From: a virus
Virus record (IMG/VR): IMGVR_UViG_3300010883_000017
Span: 9,849 to 73,848 of that record
Reading direction: 5' to 3' (one strand)
DNA length: 64,000 nt
The translations under genes and the position numbers were made by a program. Of the stretch, positions 14,127-24,504 are shown piece after piece; position 1 is the first letter of the stretch, and the number at the start of each line of letters is the position of its first letter. Below the pieces are notes generated by a model. That model did not search any database. It was given only the letters and a program-made list of their open reading frames with translations, and was not told where the DNA came from.

Positions 14127-15434
14127 ATGCGTGATTGGGAAAAACTGCACGCCGAGGCCAAGGTTTTTGATTTGCATGTGCACCCAGGGTTGAAAGCATC
14201 CCTATTCAGTAAAGACCTGGCGAAGAGCCGCTTACCTATACTCAAGATGTTTTCTAAGTCTACGTGGCCAATGACCACCCGCTCTGACTTTCCTAAGATG
14301 GAGGCCGGAGGGCTTGATGCGGCTTTTGAAACCACGTACGCGACAGAGCAAGGGTGGCTTGATGATCTTCCAATTCTTAAGTGGGTGAAGTGGATCAAGC
14401 CGTCCGTTTGGCGGCAGTTCTTTGTGCCCACGTATTTCGACACCACCATGGCCACCATGGACCTGGTGGAAGAGCAGGCGCAGAGTTACACAAATACGAA
14501 CTTTAATGCGTCGCACCACGCGTACGCGAAGTACCGGCGTCCTGTCAGATTTGCTACGGGCGTTTCTGAGCTTAAAGAGTTGCTTAGCACAGACGCTATT
14601 TGTCTTGTTCGCGCCATCGAGGGCGCGCACAGTTTGCAGCATGAGTTTATTGGCAAAGACCCTATTGATGATGCGCGTTGGGCAGACTCGTCCTGGTTGC
14701 AGCAAGCCGAGAACGAACTTCTTACGAGCCTTCAGACATTTTGGGATCGCGGGGTCGCGTCTCTTACTCTTGCCCACTTTTATCCAAATGCGTGTGTTAA
14801 CCCGGTATTTCCATACCCGGAGCATGCGTTTAAGTTTGCTAAGAAAAAGCGAGGGGGCGTAGATTTTCTTGATCGCTGGGATCACAATAAGGGCTTAACG
14901 CCCCTTGGTGAAACCATCGTTGAGAAAATGCTTGAGCTGGGGATGCTTATAGACGTATGTCATTGCACACCAAGAGCACGTGCGCGTATCTATGAGATTG
15001 TCGACCACCACGGCGCTACTTCGTGTGTGCATTGTTCGCACACAGGGGCGCGGGCCATTAACAACGACCCATACAATCTTTCCGATTGGGAAATTCAGTG
15101 GATTGCGAATCACGGCGGTGTTATCGGTATCATCTTTATGAACTACTGGTTGTCACCGGATGAGTCAAATCTTGGGATGAAGTATATACTCAACACGCTT
15201 GAGCATTTACGTCGTATTGGTGGCGAGGATGTTATTGGAATTGGTACTGACTTTGATGGTTTTACAGATCCTCCGGATGAACTAGAGGATATGTCTAAGC
15301 TACCGAGGCTAACCCGGGCGTTGGCAAGCGAATATGCCGGGATTGAGGCAGCGAGTTATTCTGATGATGTCATCAGAAAATTTTTAGGTGGCAATGCTCT
15401 CCGGGTTCTTTTCGAAGGCTGGGGGCGGGCTTAA
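14127..15434 (+). CDS. membrane dipeptidase (peptidase M19, amidohydrolase fold)
   Basis: DLHVH, IEGAH, GLTPLG, IDVCH, SHTG, GIGTDFDG, GGNALRV. Confidence 0.88.
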   Translation: MRDWEKLHAEAKVFDLHVHPGLKASLFSKDLAKSRLPILKMFSKSTWPMTTRSDFPKMEAGGLDAAFETTYATEQGWLDDLPILKWVKWIKPSVWRQFFVPTYFDTTMATMDLVEEQAQSYTNTNFNASHHAYAKYRRPVRFATGVSELKELLSTDAICLVRAIEGAHSLQHEFIGKDPIDDARWADSSWLQQAENELLTSLQTFWDRGVASLTLAHFYPNACVNPVFPYPEHAFKFAKKKRGGVDFLDRWDHNKGLTPLGETIVEKMLELGMLIDVCHCTPRARARIYEIVDHHGATSCVHCSHTGARAINNDPYNLSDWEIQWIANHGGVIGIIFMNYWLSPDESNLGMKYILNTLEHLRRIGGEDVIGIGTDFDGFTDPPDELEDMSKLPRLTRALASEYAGIEAASYSDDVIRKFLGGNALRVLFEGWGRA

Positions 15435-15455
15435 TGATAAAGAAGGGATTCACTA

Positions 15456-16463
15456 ATGAGGATTTTAGTTACTGGAGCCACGGGCTTTATTGGTAGCGCG
15501 TTTGTTCGTAGTTTTTGGAATAGACTGGCTGCTGAGGATAGTGTTGCGAGAGAGCATACGGTTGTGGGCTTTGCGCGCAACACTGTGATGAAGAATCAGC
15601 GGCGGTTACCTAGGCCGGCAGGCCCTGGTGAGCTCCCCGGGGAGAGACCAGTTCCAGATCAATTTGAGTTGATATACGGAGATCTCCTGGGAGATATCTC
15701 CGGCATCTGCGAGAAGGTAGACGCTGTTGTTCATTTTGCAGCGAGAACCTTTGTTGATCACGCGATTAAAGATTCTCAACCGTTTGTTGAGAACAACGTG
15801 ATCGGTACGCTGCGTCTTCTTGAGGATGCGCGCAGAAATGGTGTGAAACGTTGGATTCAAATTAGTACTGATGAAGTGTACGGGTCCATACTGGAAGGGG
15901 CGTATTCGGAGAACTCTCCGGTTAACCCCACTAATCCGTACTCTGCGAGTAAGCTAGGTGCGGATGCCCTGGTTATTTCTTACGCACATACCCATGGGAT
16001 GAACACCAGCGTGATACGGACCGAAAACAATTATGGTCCTTACCAGCACGTTCAAAAAGCGCTTCCGACGTTTACTAAAGCAGCGCTTAGTGACGAAAAA
16101 CTTCCCGTGTATGGGGATGGATTACATGTACGGCAGTGGCTCCATGTAGATGACCACGTACGTGCAATTTGGATGCTATTACACGCTGAGGTTGAGCCTG
16201 GTCAAATTTGGCATGTTGCAGGCTGCCAAGAGCTCACTAATAATGAGCTGGCCGAGATTATTTTGGGCGCGTGTGATAAGCCTGTGGACAGGATCAAATA
16301 TATTGACGACCACGATATACGCCCGGGGCACGATCGCCGTTACGCGCTTGTGTGTGACAAGATGAAGAACGAGATCGGGTGGGAGCCTGAGATCGGACTT
16401 CAAGAGGGTCTTCGTGATACCGTTCATTGGTATCGGGATAATCGTTGGTGGTTAGACTGGTAG
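15456..16463 (+). CDS. rmlB: dTDP-glucose 4,6-dehydratase
   Basis: GATGFIG, ISTDEVYG, PYSASK, NNYGPYQ, RPGHDRRY. Confidence 0.92.
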   Translation: MRILVTGATGFIGSAFVRSFWNRLAAEDSVAREHTVVGFARNTVMKNQRRLPRPAGPGELPGERPVPDQFELIYGDLLGDISGICEKVDAVVHFAARTFVDHAIKDSQPFVENNVIGTLRLLEDARRNGVKRWIQISTDEVYGSILEGAYSENSPVNPTNPYSASKLGADALVISYAHTHGMNTSVIRTENNYGPYQHVQKALPTFTKAALSDEKLPVYGDGLHVRQWLHVDDHVRAIWMLLHAEVEPGQIWHVAGCQELTNNELAEIILGACDKPVDRIKYIDDHDIRPGHDRRYALVCDKMKNEIGWEPEIGLQEGLRDTVHWYRDNRWWLDW

Positions 16464-16470
16464 AAAGAGT

Positions 16471-17475
16471 ATGGCTTATGATGCGGAGTTTAGGGCTGAA
16501 TTTGTTCCGGGGCGGTATCGCGATGTGGTGGCGCGCGAGGCGGTACTGTACCCGGTAGTTAATTTTGATAGGCGTGGTCGCCATACAGATTCTCGGATTA
16601 TTTCCGCTACGAAGACGGCGGTCAGTATGTGGCGCGCTCGCGTCCTGGAACTACGCGATCATGGGTGGATAACTGCGCAAGGTGCCCGCCTACCGGCCAC
16701 GCTGGCGTCGACTGGCGGGGGCCCTGTTGATTACATGCGAAATTGCCGCCCTAATTTCGTTTCTATGTACCCCCGAACGCGCCCCTGTAAGGCTTGGCAC
16801 GCTTGCCCTTTTTGCTGGGCCCGCATGGTACAGGGCATTTATGACAGGGTAGATGCTGCGTTTCCTGACACATCCTTAGTTGTTGATGACGTACCGGGCA
16901 GATCCGGCACGTCTACAGATGGCGAGGTTAACTCCGGAGTACTGGCTGCTGGGGAGCGGAAGCGGCGCTCCATTGTGATGAATATGGACGATGTGCGGGT
17001 TGCTGCTGATGGTAAGCGTCGTCGAATGAGTTCGCTTTCTTCGCGCGATTTCCCGTATCACATGGTTACTGTTTGTATGCGGAGCGCTTACTCCGCGCGG
17101 GAGAGTCTTCCTAACTTGGTTGATAGCTTTTGCAATTCCCGAGGACGTATACGTGCAATCCCGTTTACGGGGGCGTCGGTCCTTACAACCGTGGAATACA
17201 GAACTAATCAGTGGCATTTGTCACATAGGTACTTACTCATGCTTCCGCCGGATGTTGACGTGCCGCTGTCATTTTCAGAGGCACCAGGGTATCGCCGACT
17301 CGAGCAACCTACTCGGCGATTAGTAATGGAAGCTGTTGCACGAACCTGTAAGTATCCTCGTGCTTTGTTGGTAGGGGATCCGCAGTATTACGTTAGAATT
17401 CTTCATGCGATCAATGGCAGGCGTCTTCGTGCGTTGTACGGCTGCTTTAGAAACACGAGGCAATATGGACAATAG
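16471..17475 (+). CDS. hypothetical protein, divergent Rep_1/HUH initiator-like
   Basis: C..CPFC, VEY..WHLSH.YLL, TCKYP, GRRLRALYG. Confidence 0.45.
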   Translation: MAYDAEFRAEFVPGRYRDVVAREAVLYPVVNFDRRGRHTDSRIISATKTAVSMWRARVLELRDHGWITAQGARLPATLASTGGGPVDYMRNCRPNFVSMYPRTRPCKAWHACPFCWARMVQGIYDRVDAAFPDTSLVVDDVPGRSGTSTDGEVNSGVLAAGERKRRSIVMNMDDVRVAADGKRRRMSSLSSRDFPYHMVTVCMRSAYSARESLPNLVDSFCNSRGRIRAIPFTGASVLTTVEYRTNQWHLSHRYLLMLPPDVDVPLSFSEAPGYRRLEQPTRRLVMEAVARTCKYPRALLVGDPQYYVRILHAINGRRLRALYGCFRNTRQYGQ

Positions 17476-18466
17476 GTTTAATACGGCTGGGCTTTCTTTA
17501 AAGCCTTTGTCACAAAGAAAGTCGAAACTCAGTGTTAACGATTTAGTACTTCCAAAGTTTTTGCATCCGTCGGTGGCTGGGGCGGCCGCGGAGTGCGCTG
17601 CTCGCTATCTCGCAGAGAAGATACGCGAGGCAAAAGAGACCGATCGTAAAGTCATACTTTTCATGGGCGCGCATCTAATTAAGCTGGGGCTCACGCGATA
17701 CATCACTGATCTTATCTTGAATGGATATATCGATCACGTGGCTACCAACGGGGCCTGCGCTATTCATGACTTTGAATTGAATACGCACGGAGAGACCAGC
17801 GAGGATGTGCAAACGTACATCGATAATGGTCAGTTTGGTCTCTGGGAAGAGACATCTAATTTGAATGAGGTTGTCGCGGCGGCGTACCAGGGCGGTATTA
17901 ATTGCGCCGAGCCTTATTCGCCCGGAGCGGGCCATTCGATCGGGACGTGGTTATATCACAACGAGGGCGCGAGCCCGGAAACGTCTATTTTTGCTGCGTG
18001 TCATAAAATGAATGTGCCGATAACGGTTCACATTCTTATTGGTGGTGATATAAATCACTCTCATCCCAACTTTGATGCTGCAGCGTGGGGCGTCTGCTCT
18101 TACAATGATTTTCTTATCTTTGCGGAATCCCTTAAAGGACTCCATAAAGGTGGTGTCTTTTTGAATGTGGGGTCGGCAGTACATGGCCCCGAGATATTCT
18201 TGAAAGCATTGAGTATGGTTCGTAATGTCTCTTTATGTGAGCAGTTTACAACAGGGGTTTTTGACTTTGCAGATCTTCCGTCATCCTGGCGAGATTTCGA
18301 ACCACATCCGGCAACCCCGCTATACTATTTTCGCCCATGGAAAACACTGTTGATGCGGACGAGCAAGGGCGGCCATAGCGAGTACGTAGGCGGCAACTTT
18401 ACAAATACGATTCCTTTACTTTGGGGTACGATCAACGGATTAGGAGATTTCGATGGCGACAATTGA
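17465..18466 (+). CDS. deoxyhypusine-synthase-like fold protein
   Basis: MGAHLIKLGL, ATNGA.AIHDFE, TSEDV, GSAVHGPEIFLKAL. Confidence 0.65.
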   Translation: MDNRFNTAGLSLKPLSQRKSKLSVNDLVLPKFLHPSVAGAAAECAARYLAEKIREAKETDRKVILFMGAHLIKLGLTRYITDLILNGYIDHVATNGACAIHDFELNTHGETSEDVQTYIDNGQFGLWEETSNLNEVVAAAYQGGINCAEPYSPGAGHSIGTWLYHNEGASPETSIFAACHKMNVPITVHILIGGDINHSHPNFDAAAWGVCSYNDFLIFAESLKGLHKGGVFLNVGSAVHGPEIFLKALSMVRNVSLCEQFTTGVFDFADLPSSWRDFEPHPATPLYYFRPWKTLLMRTSKGGHSEYVGGNFTNTIPLLWGTINGLGDFDGDN

Positions 18467-19121
18467 CGTTATTAACAAATTGAATCTATCTGACGAGAAG
18501 AAGCTGAAGTTACTGGCGCTGTACGTGGATCTTCCTGGCCTGGATGCCAGCTTCAAAGTGACGAGCCCGAGATCTTGCGATCTCCAGGACTTCATAGACG
18601 ATGTCTTTAACGAGGACGAGCAACCCGCAGGAACCTGTTGTCCTGCGGGACCGCCTGGAGAACGCGGCGAGCCTGGCATACCTGATGAGGAAGATATTAA
18701 GACGCGGTACGACGAGCTCCTAGAGCCACTAGAGGACCTGGGGTTGGAGTTTGGGGTCGGCGAGGTGATTCAAGTTGAATCCGCGACCGAGAAGAGCACG
18801 GTTGTAAGTATTGATGTACCTAGTGTGCATTTAACAGACTGTATAGAGATTATGAAAAAGTCGGGTGACTATGAACTACCGCCGCCTGGTACAACAATTC
18901 AGGGGATTGCACATGCTATTATTGGCGAGCCACCAGCTGCGTTTGCCGCGATGTTGGTTAGCGCAGAAGGCGGCCCGTTTATCGATGCGTACCTTCAGAA
19001 GGATGAGGATATAATTTGTGAGCATAAGCCTATTCGAGATACAGAATTTCTAGAGAGCCGGGTTCGGATAAGCATGCGGTACGAAGATCGTATGTATGAG
19101 TTTGAGCTTACACCAACTTAA
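18453..19121 (+). CDS. hypothetical protein with short collagen-like stretch
   Basis: GPPGERGEPG. Confidence 0.6.
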   Translation: MATIDVINKLNLSDEKKLKLLALYVDLPGLDASFKVTSPRSCDLQDFIDDVFNEDEQPAGTCCPAGPPGERGEPGIPDEEDIKTRYDELLEPLEDLGLEFGVGEVIQVESATEKSTVVSIDVPSVHLTDCIEIMKKSGDYELPPPGTTIQGIAHAIIGEPPAAFAAMLVSAEGGPFIDAYLQKDEDIICEHKPIRDTEFLESRVRISMRYEDRMYEFELTPT

Positions 19122-19138
19122 TAGAAGCAGGGGCACGG

Positions 19139-19363
19139 ATGCCACGGAAACGAAATTTACAGCACTCGAAAAAACCGCCAGCATGTCCGGATGATATGGA
19201 CTCGCGGCGGTGCCTTCGTTGTGATGGCTGGTTTTGTTCGGAAGGCGCTGGTAATCGGCAGTGTTCCAAGTGTTTTGATGACACAATACATGTTAGTAAG
19301 CGTTTGCAAATACCGGGCACCACCATTGTGGGCGGGGATGGAATAAGCAGTGAGGAGTATTAG
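19139..19363 (+). CDS. small Zn-ribbon protein
   Basis: CLRC..F.SEGAGNRQCSKC; paralogue of 9689. Confidence 0.6.
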   Translation: MPRKRNLQHSKKPPACPDDMDSRRCLRCDGWFCSEGAGNRQCSKCFDDTIHVSKRLQIPGTTIVGGDGISSEEY

Positions 19364-20845
19364 ATGACGAAAGCTTTAGTTATTGGTGACATCATGTTGG
19401 ATGCCACAATCGAGTGTGAGGTGTCGCGGGTTTCTCCTGAGGCGCCTGTTGTTATTGGTAGGGAGCGCAACCGAAAAGCGCAGTTGGGCGGGGCGGCTAA
19501 TGTTGCTGCTAACTTAAAAGCTTTGGGTGTTGATGACGTGTATTTGTACGGCGTCACCGGGGATGAGGACGACGCGGCGCATGAGGTCGAAGAGTTGTGT
19601 AAAGATCTTGGGATCTTTCCCCGCTTTGAGTACAGGACAGCGCAGCGCACCACGGTTAAAACCCGGTATGTGGCAGAGGGTCAGCTGATCTTTCGTCACG
19701 ACGCCGAGCGTCATTCCATTTCTAGCAACTACAAACAACACAGCACAGCCAAGATCGATGTGACTGAGTATGACGTAATCGTATTTGTGGATTACGACAA
19801 AGGGGTGGTCGGCGATTACGACACCTTCAAACTTATTGCTCAGGCTACGGCTGCTCAGATTCCTGTCGTTGTTGACTGCAAGCCCTGTAATCTTCCGTTC
19901 TTTACGGGCGCTACGTTTATTACGCCAAATGAAGCGGAGCTTGCGGAGATGTGCTTGCTGTATCTTCCGGCGGTTGAGCGTTCGCTTGAACAGGATACGC
20001 ATGAGCTGGCAGCTGGATTCGGGATTAAATGGGTGGTTTGTACGCGAGGCGGCGCGGGACTTGATGTCTACTTTGTCGCGCGGGATTATATTCGCAACAG
20101 CATAGAACCGCCGACGAGATTTTTGCCGAAGCAAACTCGGCGTGTTTACGATGTGACCGGAGCTGGTGATGTAGTTACAGCTGCTTTGGGTAGTGTTTTA
20201 GCACGCGAGCGGGCCTGGTCGAAGCTACCACTGGCATCCCAGCCAGCCGTCCACGACTCGATGTTTGAGTTTGCAAATACTGCGGCAGGGCTTGCTGTGG
20301 AGCAGCCGGGCACTACGGTGGTTGATCTTGATGCAGTTATCACTGCGCAGACAGAGGATCGCTTAAGCAGTAAGATCCTCCTAGAGGGCGCCGAGACTGC
20401 GGTGGAGGCTCTTCAAGCGGTTGGTAGATGCGTGGTATTTACGAACGGCTGTTTTGATCTCTTGCACCCTGGTCATGTGCACTTGCTACATGCGGCGAAG
20501 AGCGAGGGAGACGCGCTCGTTGTTGCTGTAAACAGTGACGAGTCCGTGCGTGCCTTAAAAGGAGATAAGCGCCCGGTTCTTCCTCTGCATTTAAGGATGG
20601 CCGCATTGGCTTCGTTGGATGTGGTGGATTACGTTGTTCCCTTTGACGAGGAAACACCGGAAGGCCTAATCCGTAAGCTGAAGCCAGATGTGCTTGTAAA
20701 AGGAAAGCACACGACGGATTGTCCACATCAGGATGCTCCTGTGCCAGGCGCAGATTTCATGGCGGCACGGGGGGCCCGGGTCGTGTTTGTTGACACGATA
20801 CCAGGCTACAGTACGACGGCTGTTATTGCCGGCGGCACTAGCTAG
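19364..20845 (+). CDS. hldE: bifunctional ADP-heptose synthase (kinase + adenylyltransferase)
   Basis: VSRVSPEAPV, GGAANVA, DVTGAGD, FTNGCFDLLHPGH, NSDESV..LKG..RP. Confidence 0.92.
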   Translation: MTKALVIGDIMLDATIECEVSRVSPEAPVVIGRERNRKAQLGGAANVAANLKALGVDDVYLYGVTGDEDDAAHEVEELCKDLGIFPRFEYRTAQRTTVKTRYVAEGQLIFRHDAERHSISSNYKQHSTAKIDVTEYDVIVFVDYDKGVVGDYDTFKLIAQATAAQIPVVVDCKPCNLPFFTGATFITPNEAELAEMCLLYLPAVERSLEQDTHELAAGFGIKWVVCTRGGAGLDVYFVARDYIRNSIEPPTRFLPKQTRRVYDVTGAGDVVTAALGSVLARERAWSKLPLASQPAVHDSMFEFANTAAGLAVEQPGTTVVDLDAVITAQTEDRLSSKILLEGAETAVEALQAVGRCVVFTNGCFDLLHPGHVHLLHAAKSEGDALVVAVNSDESVRALKGDKRPVLPLHLRMAALASLDVVDYVVPFDEETPEGLIRKLKPDVLVKGKHTTDCPHQDAPVPGADFMAARGARVVFVDTIPGYSTTAVIAGGTS

Positions 20846-21026
20846 CGTCTTCTTCGGCATCTACATTTTTTGGACCACGTTCTTGGGCGTTGTCTCTCAA
20901 AATGTGGGTGCCGTGCGGTGCTTCGATGCCCAGGCGTACCTTATTACCATTGGTGTGTACAATGGTAATTGTTACGTCATCTCCAATGTGCACCGTTTCG
21001 CTTTGTCTTCGTGTGATAACTAGCAT
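20838..21026 (-). CDS. csrA: carbon storage regulator
   Basis: MLVITRR..ETVHIGDDVTITIV...VRLGIEAP....ILR; AAGGAA RBS. Confidence 0.88.
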   Translation of the reverse strand: MLVITRRQSETVHIGDDVTITIVHTNGNKVRLGIEAPHGTHILRDNAQERGPKNVDAEEDAS

Positions 21027-21172
21027 TTTTTTCCTTAGGGATAACTGGGCTAGGCGAAGCTGGGCGCTCAGTTTGTTAGAATAGTGGGTCAGTCCCTATG
21101 TTGGGAAATTGTAGCACAGTCGCGGTGCGCGTGGAAGAATTCAGTAATAAAATTTGATGAAAAGGAGGGTTG

Positions 21173-22372
21173 ATGTCCGGATTTGTATTTTCAGCTGATT
21201 GGCATTTAAGTTACGGAACCTGGGCCGGCAAGCCGGCTCTCGTGGGTGACTCATACTACTCGCTTAGGCAGCTTATTGATTATTGTATTGAGCATGATTG
21301 TCCGCTTATTGCGGGCGGGGACCTTTTCGACAAGCCGGTTCCGGATCCCGTTAGCGTGAGCGTCATGTGCCGCGAGATGGACAGGATGCAGGCGGAGGGG
21401 CTGCCGGTTTACTTTATTCAGGGCCAGCACGAACGCGTAAAGCGCTCGGCGCTTGGGTCGGCGGGGCTTGGCGGGGCTTCGGAGTGGATGAATGTTCACG
21501 CGTGGCCGACGCATGTCCATAAGAAAACATTCTCCATTGAGAACAAGCAGTTCTATGGGTTGGATTGGACGCCCCCGGATCGTATTGAAGAAGAACTGGC
21601 AGCAATCCCTGAGGACACCTATTTCCTGGTTTGTCATCAGGTTTGGCGTGAGTTCATGGGTGATACGGTTTGCCAGCCGGAGTGTAACTTGAGCATGGTA
21701 CCAGTGGTGCGGGAAGTTTTGACTGGAGATTTCCACGAGACGACGAACGCACACAATGGCGCATATACTGTCATGCATTCTCCGGGGTCTATTAGCATGC
21801 GAAGCATGGGCGAGCCAGCGGAGAAGTACTTCTTTCATTTCTTAGGTTGGAACGAAGTGGAAGAGGTCGAGCATCCGGATGTAGGTGAGAGTTTACATCC
21901 AATGGAAACCCTTAAATTACGAACACGGGTAATGGCGGAAGTAACTATCGATACAGAAGAAGCGCTTGATGCGTTTGTTCAACGAGAGTTAGCTGAGCAT
22001 TTAGACCTGATACCTTTGGTGCCCAGCATGATAAGCGTTTCCCGGGGGCTTCCAGAAGAACTGGAAAAGCCGATGTTACGTGTCAATTATCACGACGATA
22101 TCCCGGAGGTTTACGATCGAATTGTTGCGGCCGTTGGGGATACGGCGCATCTGTTTTTATATCCGCAGAGAGTTCGTGATGATGTCGTTGAAGTAGACGA
22201 GGATCTTCGCGAACGAATACGTGGGCAGGGTTTGTTGGGCTGTTTGTCCCAGGTTGAAGATGAAGATTCACCTGTGTACAGAACGACGGCGCGTCTACTG
22301 CAAAGTAGTGATCCGGCAACGGAGCTTGAGGAGATGCACGCCGAGTATTTAGAAGAGGATGTAACTGAATGA
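21173..22372 (+). CDS. SbcD/Mre11-like nuclease
   Basis: ADWH, GGDLFD, GQHE, GDFH, PGS; adjacent to SbcC. Confidence 0.88.
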   Translation: MSGFVFSADWHLSYGTWAGKPALVGDSYYSLRQLIDYCIEHDCPLIAGGDLFDKPVPDPVSVSVMCREMDRMQAEGLPVYFIQGQHERVKRSALGSAGLGGASEWMNVHAWPTHVHKKTFSIENKQFYGLDWTPPDRIEEELAAIPEDTYFLVCHQVWREFMGDTVCQPECNLSMVPVVREVLTGDFHETTNAHNGAYTVMHSPGSISMRSMGEPAEKYFFHFLGWNEVEEVEHPDVGESLHPMETLKLRTRVMAEVTIDTEEALDAFVQRELAEHLDLIPLVPSMISVSRGLPEELEKPMLRVNYHDDIPEVYDRIVAAVGDTAHLFLYPQRVRDDVVEVDEDLRERIRGQGLLGCLSQVEDEDSPVYRTTARLLQSSDPATELEEMHAEYLEEDVTE

Positions 22373-24504
22373 AATTAATTCGATTGGAGGTCCAGAATTT
22401 TTGCCAACATCGGCATAAGGTTGTGGAATTTAGTCCACGGCTTACTGCTTTTTTGGGGCAAAACGGTTCTGGTAAATCAAATTTGCTTACAGCTGCACTT
22501 GGTGCGCTGACTAACGATTTTAGTAGAACACACGGTAATAAAGCCGAGAATATATGTCAGACCGCGCCGGCATCTGAGCCGGCCTACGTCAGGTTACTCA
22601 TTGAGCATGAAGGTTCGCAGGTAGAGATTCAACGAGGATTTCGTAAATCACGATCTTACTGGCAGCAAGGCGACGACATCATTCGTGGTGATGCGCCCGT
22701 TACTGCTCGTGTCTTAGAGTTTTTGGGAACTACTAAGCGCATAATCAATGACTATCTCTTTGTAGATCAGGGTGAGATTTTTACTCCGCTTGTTTGTAAA
22801 GAGGCCGATCGTGCACGTGCGTTTCAGCAATTGTTTGGGACAGGGCACGCAGAGAGTTGCTGGAAAGCCCTTGGCGACTATATGTCGTCCATTCCTACGG
22901 CTGTTAGTGCGTTGGATATGGATACGCTTCGCCAGGAGTTGGAAGACGCTCAAGGTCGTGTAGTAGCTCTCACAACTGAGTTAGCTTCTATTTCTCTTCC
23001 GGAGGACTATGTCCCTGCTGAGGATCCCGCACGGAAAATTATCATTAATTGGGATGCGTTACAGGGGGCTATTGCAGCGGCAGAAGCTGCGCAACCGGAG
23101 CTGAAACGATCGGGATTGGGATTAGCGGTGCTTAACGGCGAACTTACTATTTTAGAGGAAGAGGGCGCAGCGCTACACGACGCGATTAAAAACTCTGCTG
23201 TGGACCATAAGAAGGCAGAAGCTGCGTTACAGACGTGGGATTTACGGGAGCAATCTGCAGCCCGCGTTAAGAAAATGCAGCAAGATCTGCTGACTCTTCG
23301 TGAAGAGGAGCGTACTAAGCCGATAGCGCCAGACCCAGGTGTATCTGATATTCCTGCGTGGCAACGGCAGACTGGTGCACTGGAAGCCAAGCGCGCTAAG
23401 TATTTAGCCATGGTTTCTGCACTGGATGCTAATAGTGGTGTGGTCGAGTGCCCTACTTGTGGTACGTCCGTAGCTGATTTGGAAATGGACATCGAATACT
23501 CACGAGTTGAGGCAGATAAGCTCACTCAAGAGGTTATTGAAAGAAATGGTGTTCAGCAGCAGTCGGTGACGTACAACATCGAGAATGCGAAGTGGGATTC
23601 GTGGCACGAGGCTTGGCAAGCTCGCGTGGCAGCCATTGAAGAGGCCGTTGCGGTAGAGCCCGCTTCTGATCAAGCGGGTGCGCTTAGCGAGGAGCAGCAT
23701 GCGAAGTACAAGAAAACTCAATCGAATACGATTGAGTGGGGGGCTGCTCGCGCGGACGTCTTGGAAGAAATTCAAGCCAAGTCGGCTGCGATTCTTGCCA
23801 AGGAGTACCAGGTGAACGCGTGCCAGGTTGGTTTGGACGGTTTCAATGAACGGATAGCCGTGTTGCAACCTGGTTTGGACGCGGAAGCTGTTGAGGCGGC
23901 GCAGGCTTTGATTGCGGCTAATCAGCTGGCTTACTCTTCCCGTATACGGCTCCAGGGCCAACGAGACGAGGCCGGCGTTTCTGCAGCAGCAGCACAGGAC
24001 CGCTTAAATCGGGCGGAAGAAACTGCCCGGCAGGCGTCTCGTAACGTCGAGTTTTCTTCGCATCTTGGCGCCGTTCGCGATATTTTGCACCGGGATAATC
24101 TTCCAAAGTTGGTTGCGCAGAATTATCTTGAATTGCTAGAAGCGGACATTAACGAGATACTGGAGGTGTTTGGGACGGATTTCAGGGTCTCTGCTCGTGA
24201 CGGGCTCGGGTTTATTGCGGACTTCCCGGATGGGAGATCCCAGCCAGTTCCGAGGCTGTCCGGGGGTCAAAAAGTTGTACTAGCGCTCGCGTTTAGGATT
24301 TCGGTGAACTCTTTGTTTGCTGCGGATCTTGGCGTGATTACGCTAGACGAGCCCACTGCTTACTTAGATGATGAAAATATCAATTGTTTAGATTTGGCTT
24401 TAGCCCGCTTACGGAGTCTTTCCGAGGCCCGCGGGTTGCAGTGTATATTGATTACGCATGAAAAGGGGTTGGGGCATCTCTTTGATCATGTCGTGCAACT
24501 GTGA
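22369..24504 (+). CDS. SbcC/Rad50-like SMC ATPase
   Basis: GQNGSGKS, CPTCG zinc hook, LSGGQ, LDEPT, ITH. Confidence 0.92.
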   Translation: MKLIRLEVQNFCQHRHKVVEFSPRLTAFLGQNGSGKSNLLTAALGALTNDFSRTHGNKAENICQTAPASEPAYVRLLIEHEGSQVEIQRGFRKSRSYWQQGDDIIRGDAPVTARVLEFLGTTKRIINDYLFVDQGEIFTPLVCKEADRARAFQQLFGTGHAESCWKALGDYMSSIPTAVSALDMDTLRQELEDAQGRVVALTTELASISLPEDYVPAEDPARKIIINWDALQGAIAAAEAAQPELKRSGLGLAVLNGELTILEEEGAALHDAIKNSAVDHKKAEAALQTWDLREQSAARVKKMQQDLLTLREEERTKPIAPDPGVSDIPAWQRQTGALEAKRAKYLAMVSALDANSGVVECPTCGTSVADLEMDIEYSRVEADKLTQEVIERNGVQQQSVTYNIENAKWDSWHEAWQARVAAIEEAVAVEPASDQAGALSEEQHAKYKKTQSNTIEWGAARADVLEEIQAKSAAILAKEYQVNACQVGLDGFNERIAVLQPGLDAEAVEAAQALIAANQLAYSSRIRLQGQRDEAGVSAAAAQDRLNRAEETARQASRNVEFSSHLGAVRDILHRDNLPKLVAQNYLELLEADINEILEVFGTDFRVSARDGLGFIADFPDGRSQPVPRLSGGQKVVLALAFRISVNSLFAADLGVITLDEPTAYLDDENINCLDLALARLRSLSEARGLQCILITHEKGLGHLFDHVVQL

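Noticed and set aside
21048-21090. Short GGC/AGC-NN run upstream of csrA
   Set aside because: Only four consecutive pentamers, with no hairpin or linker
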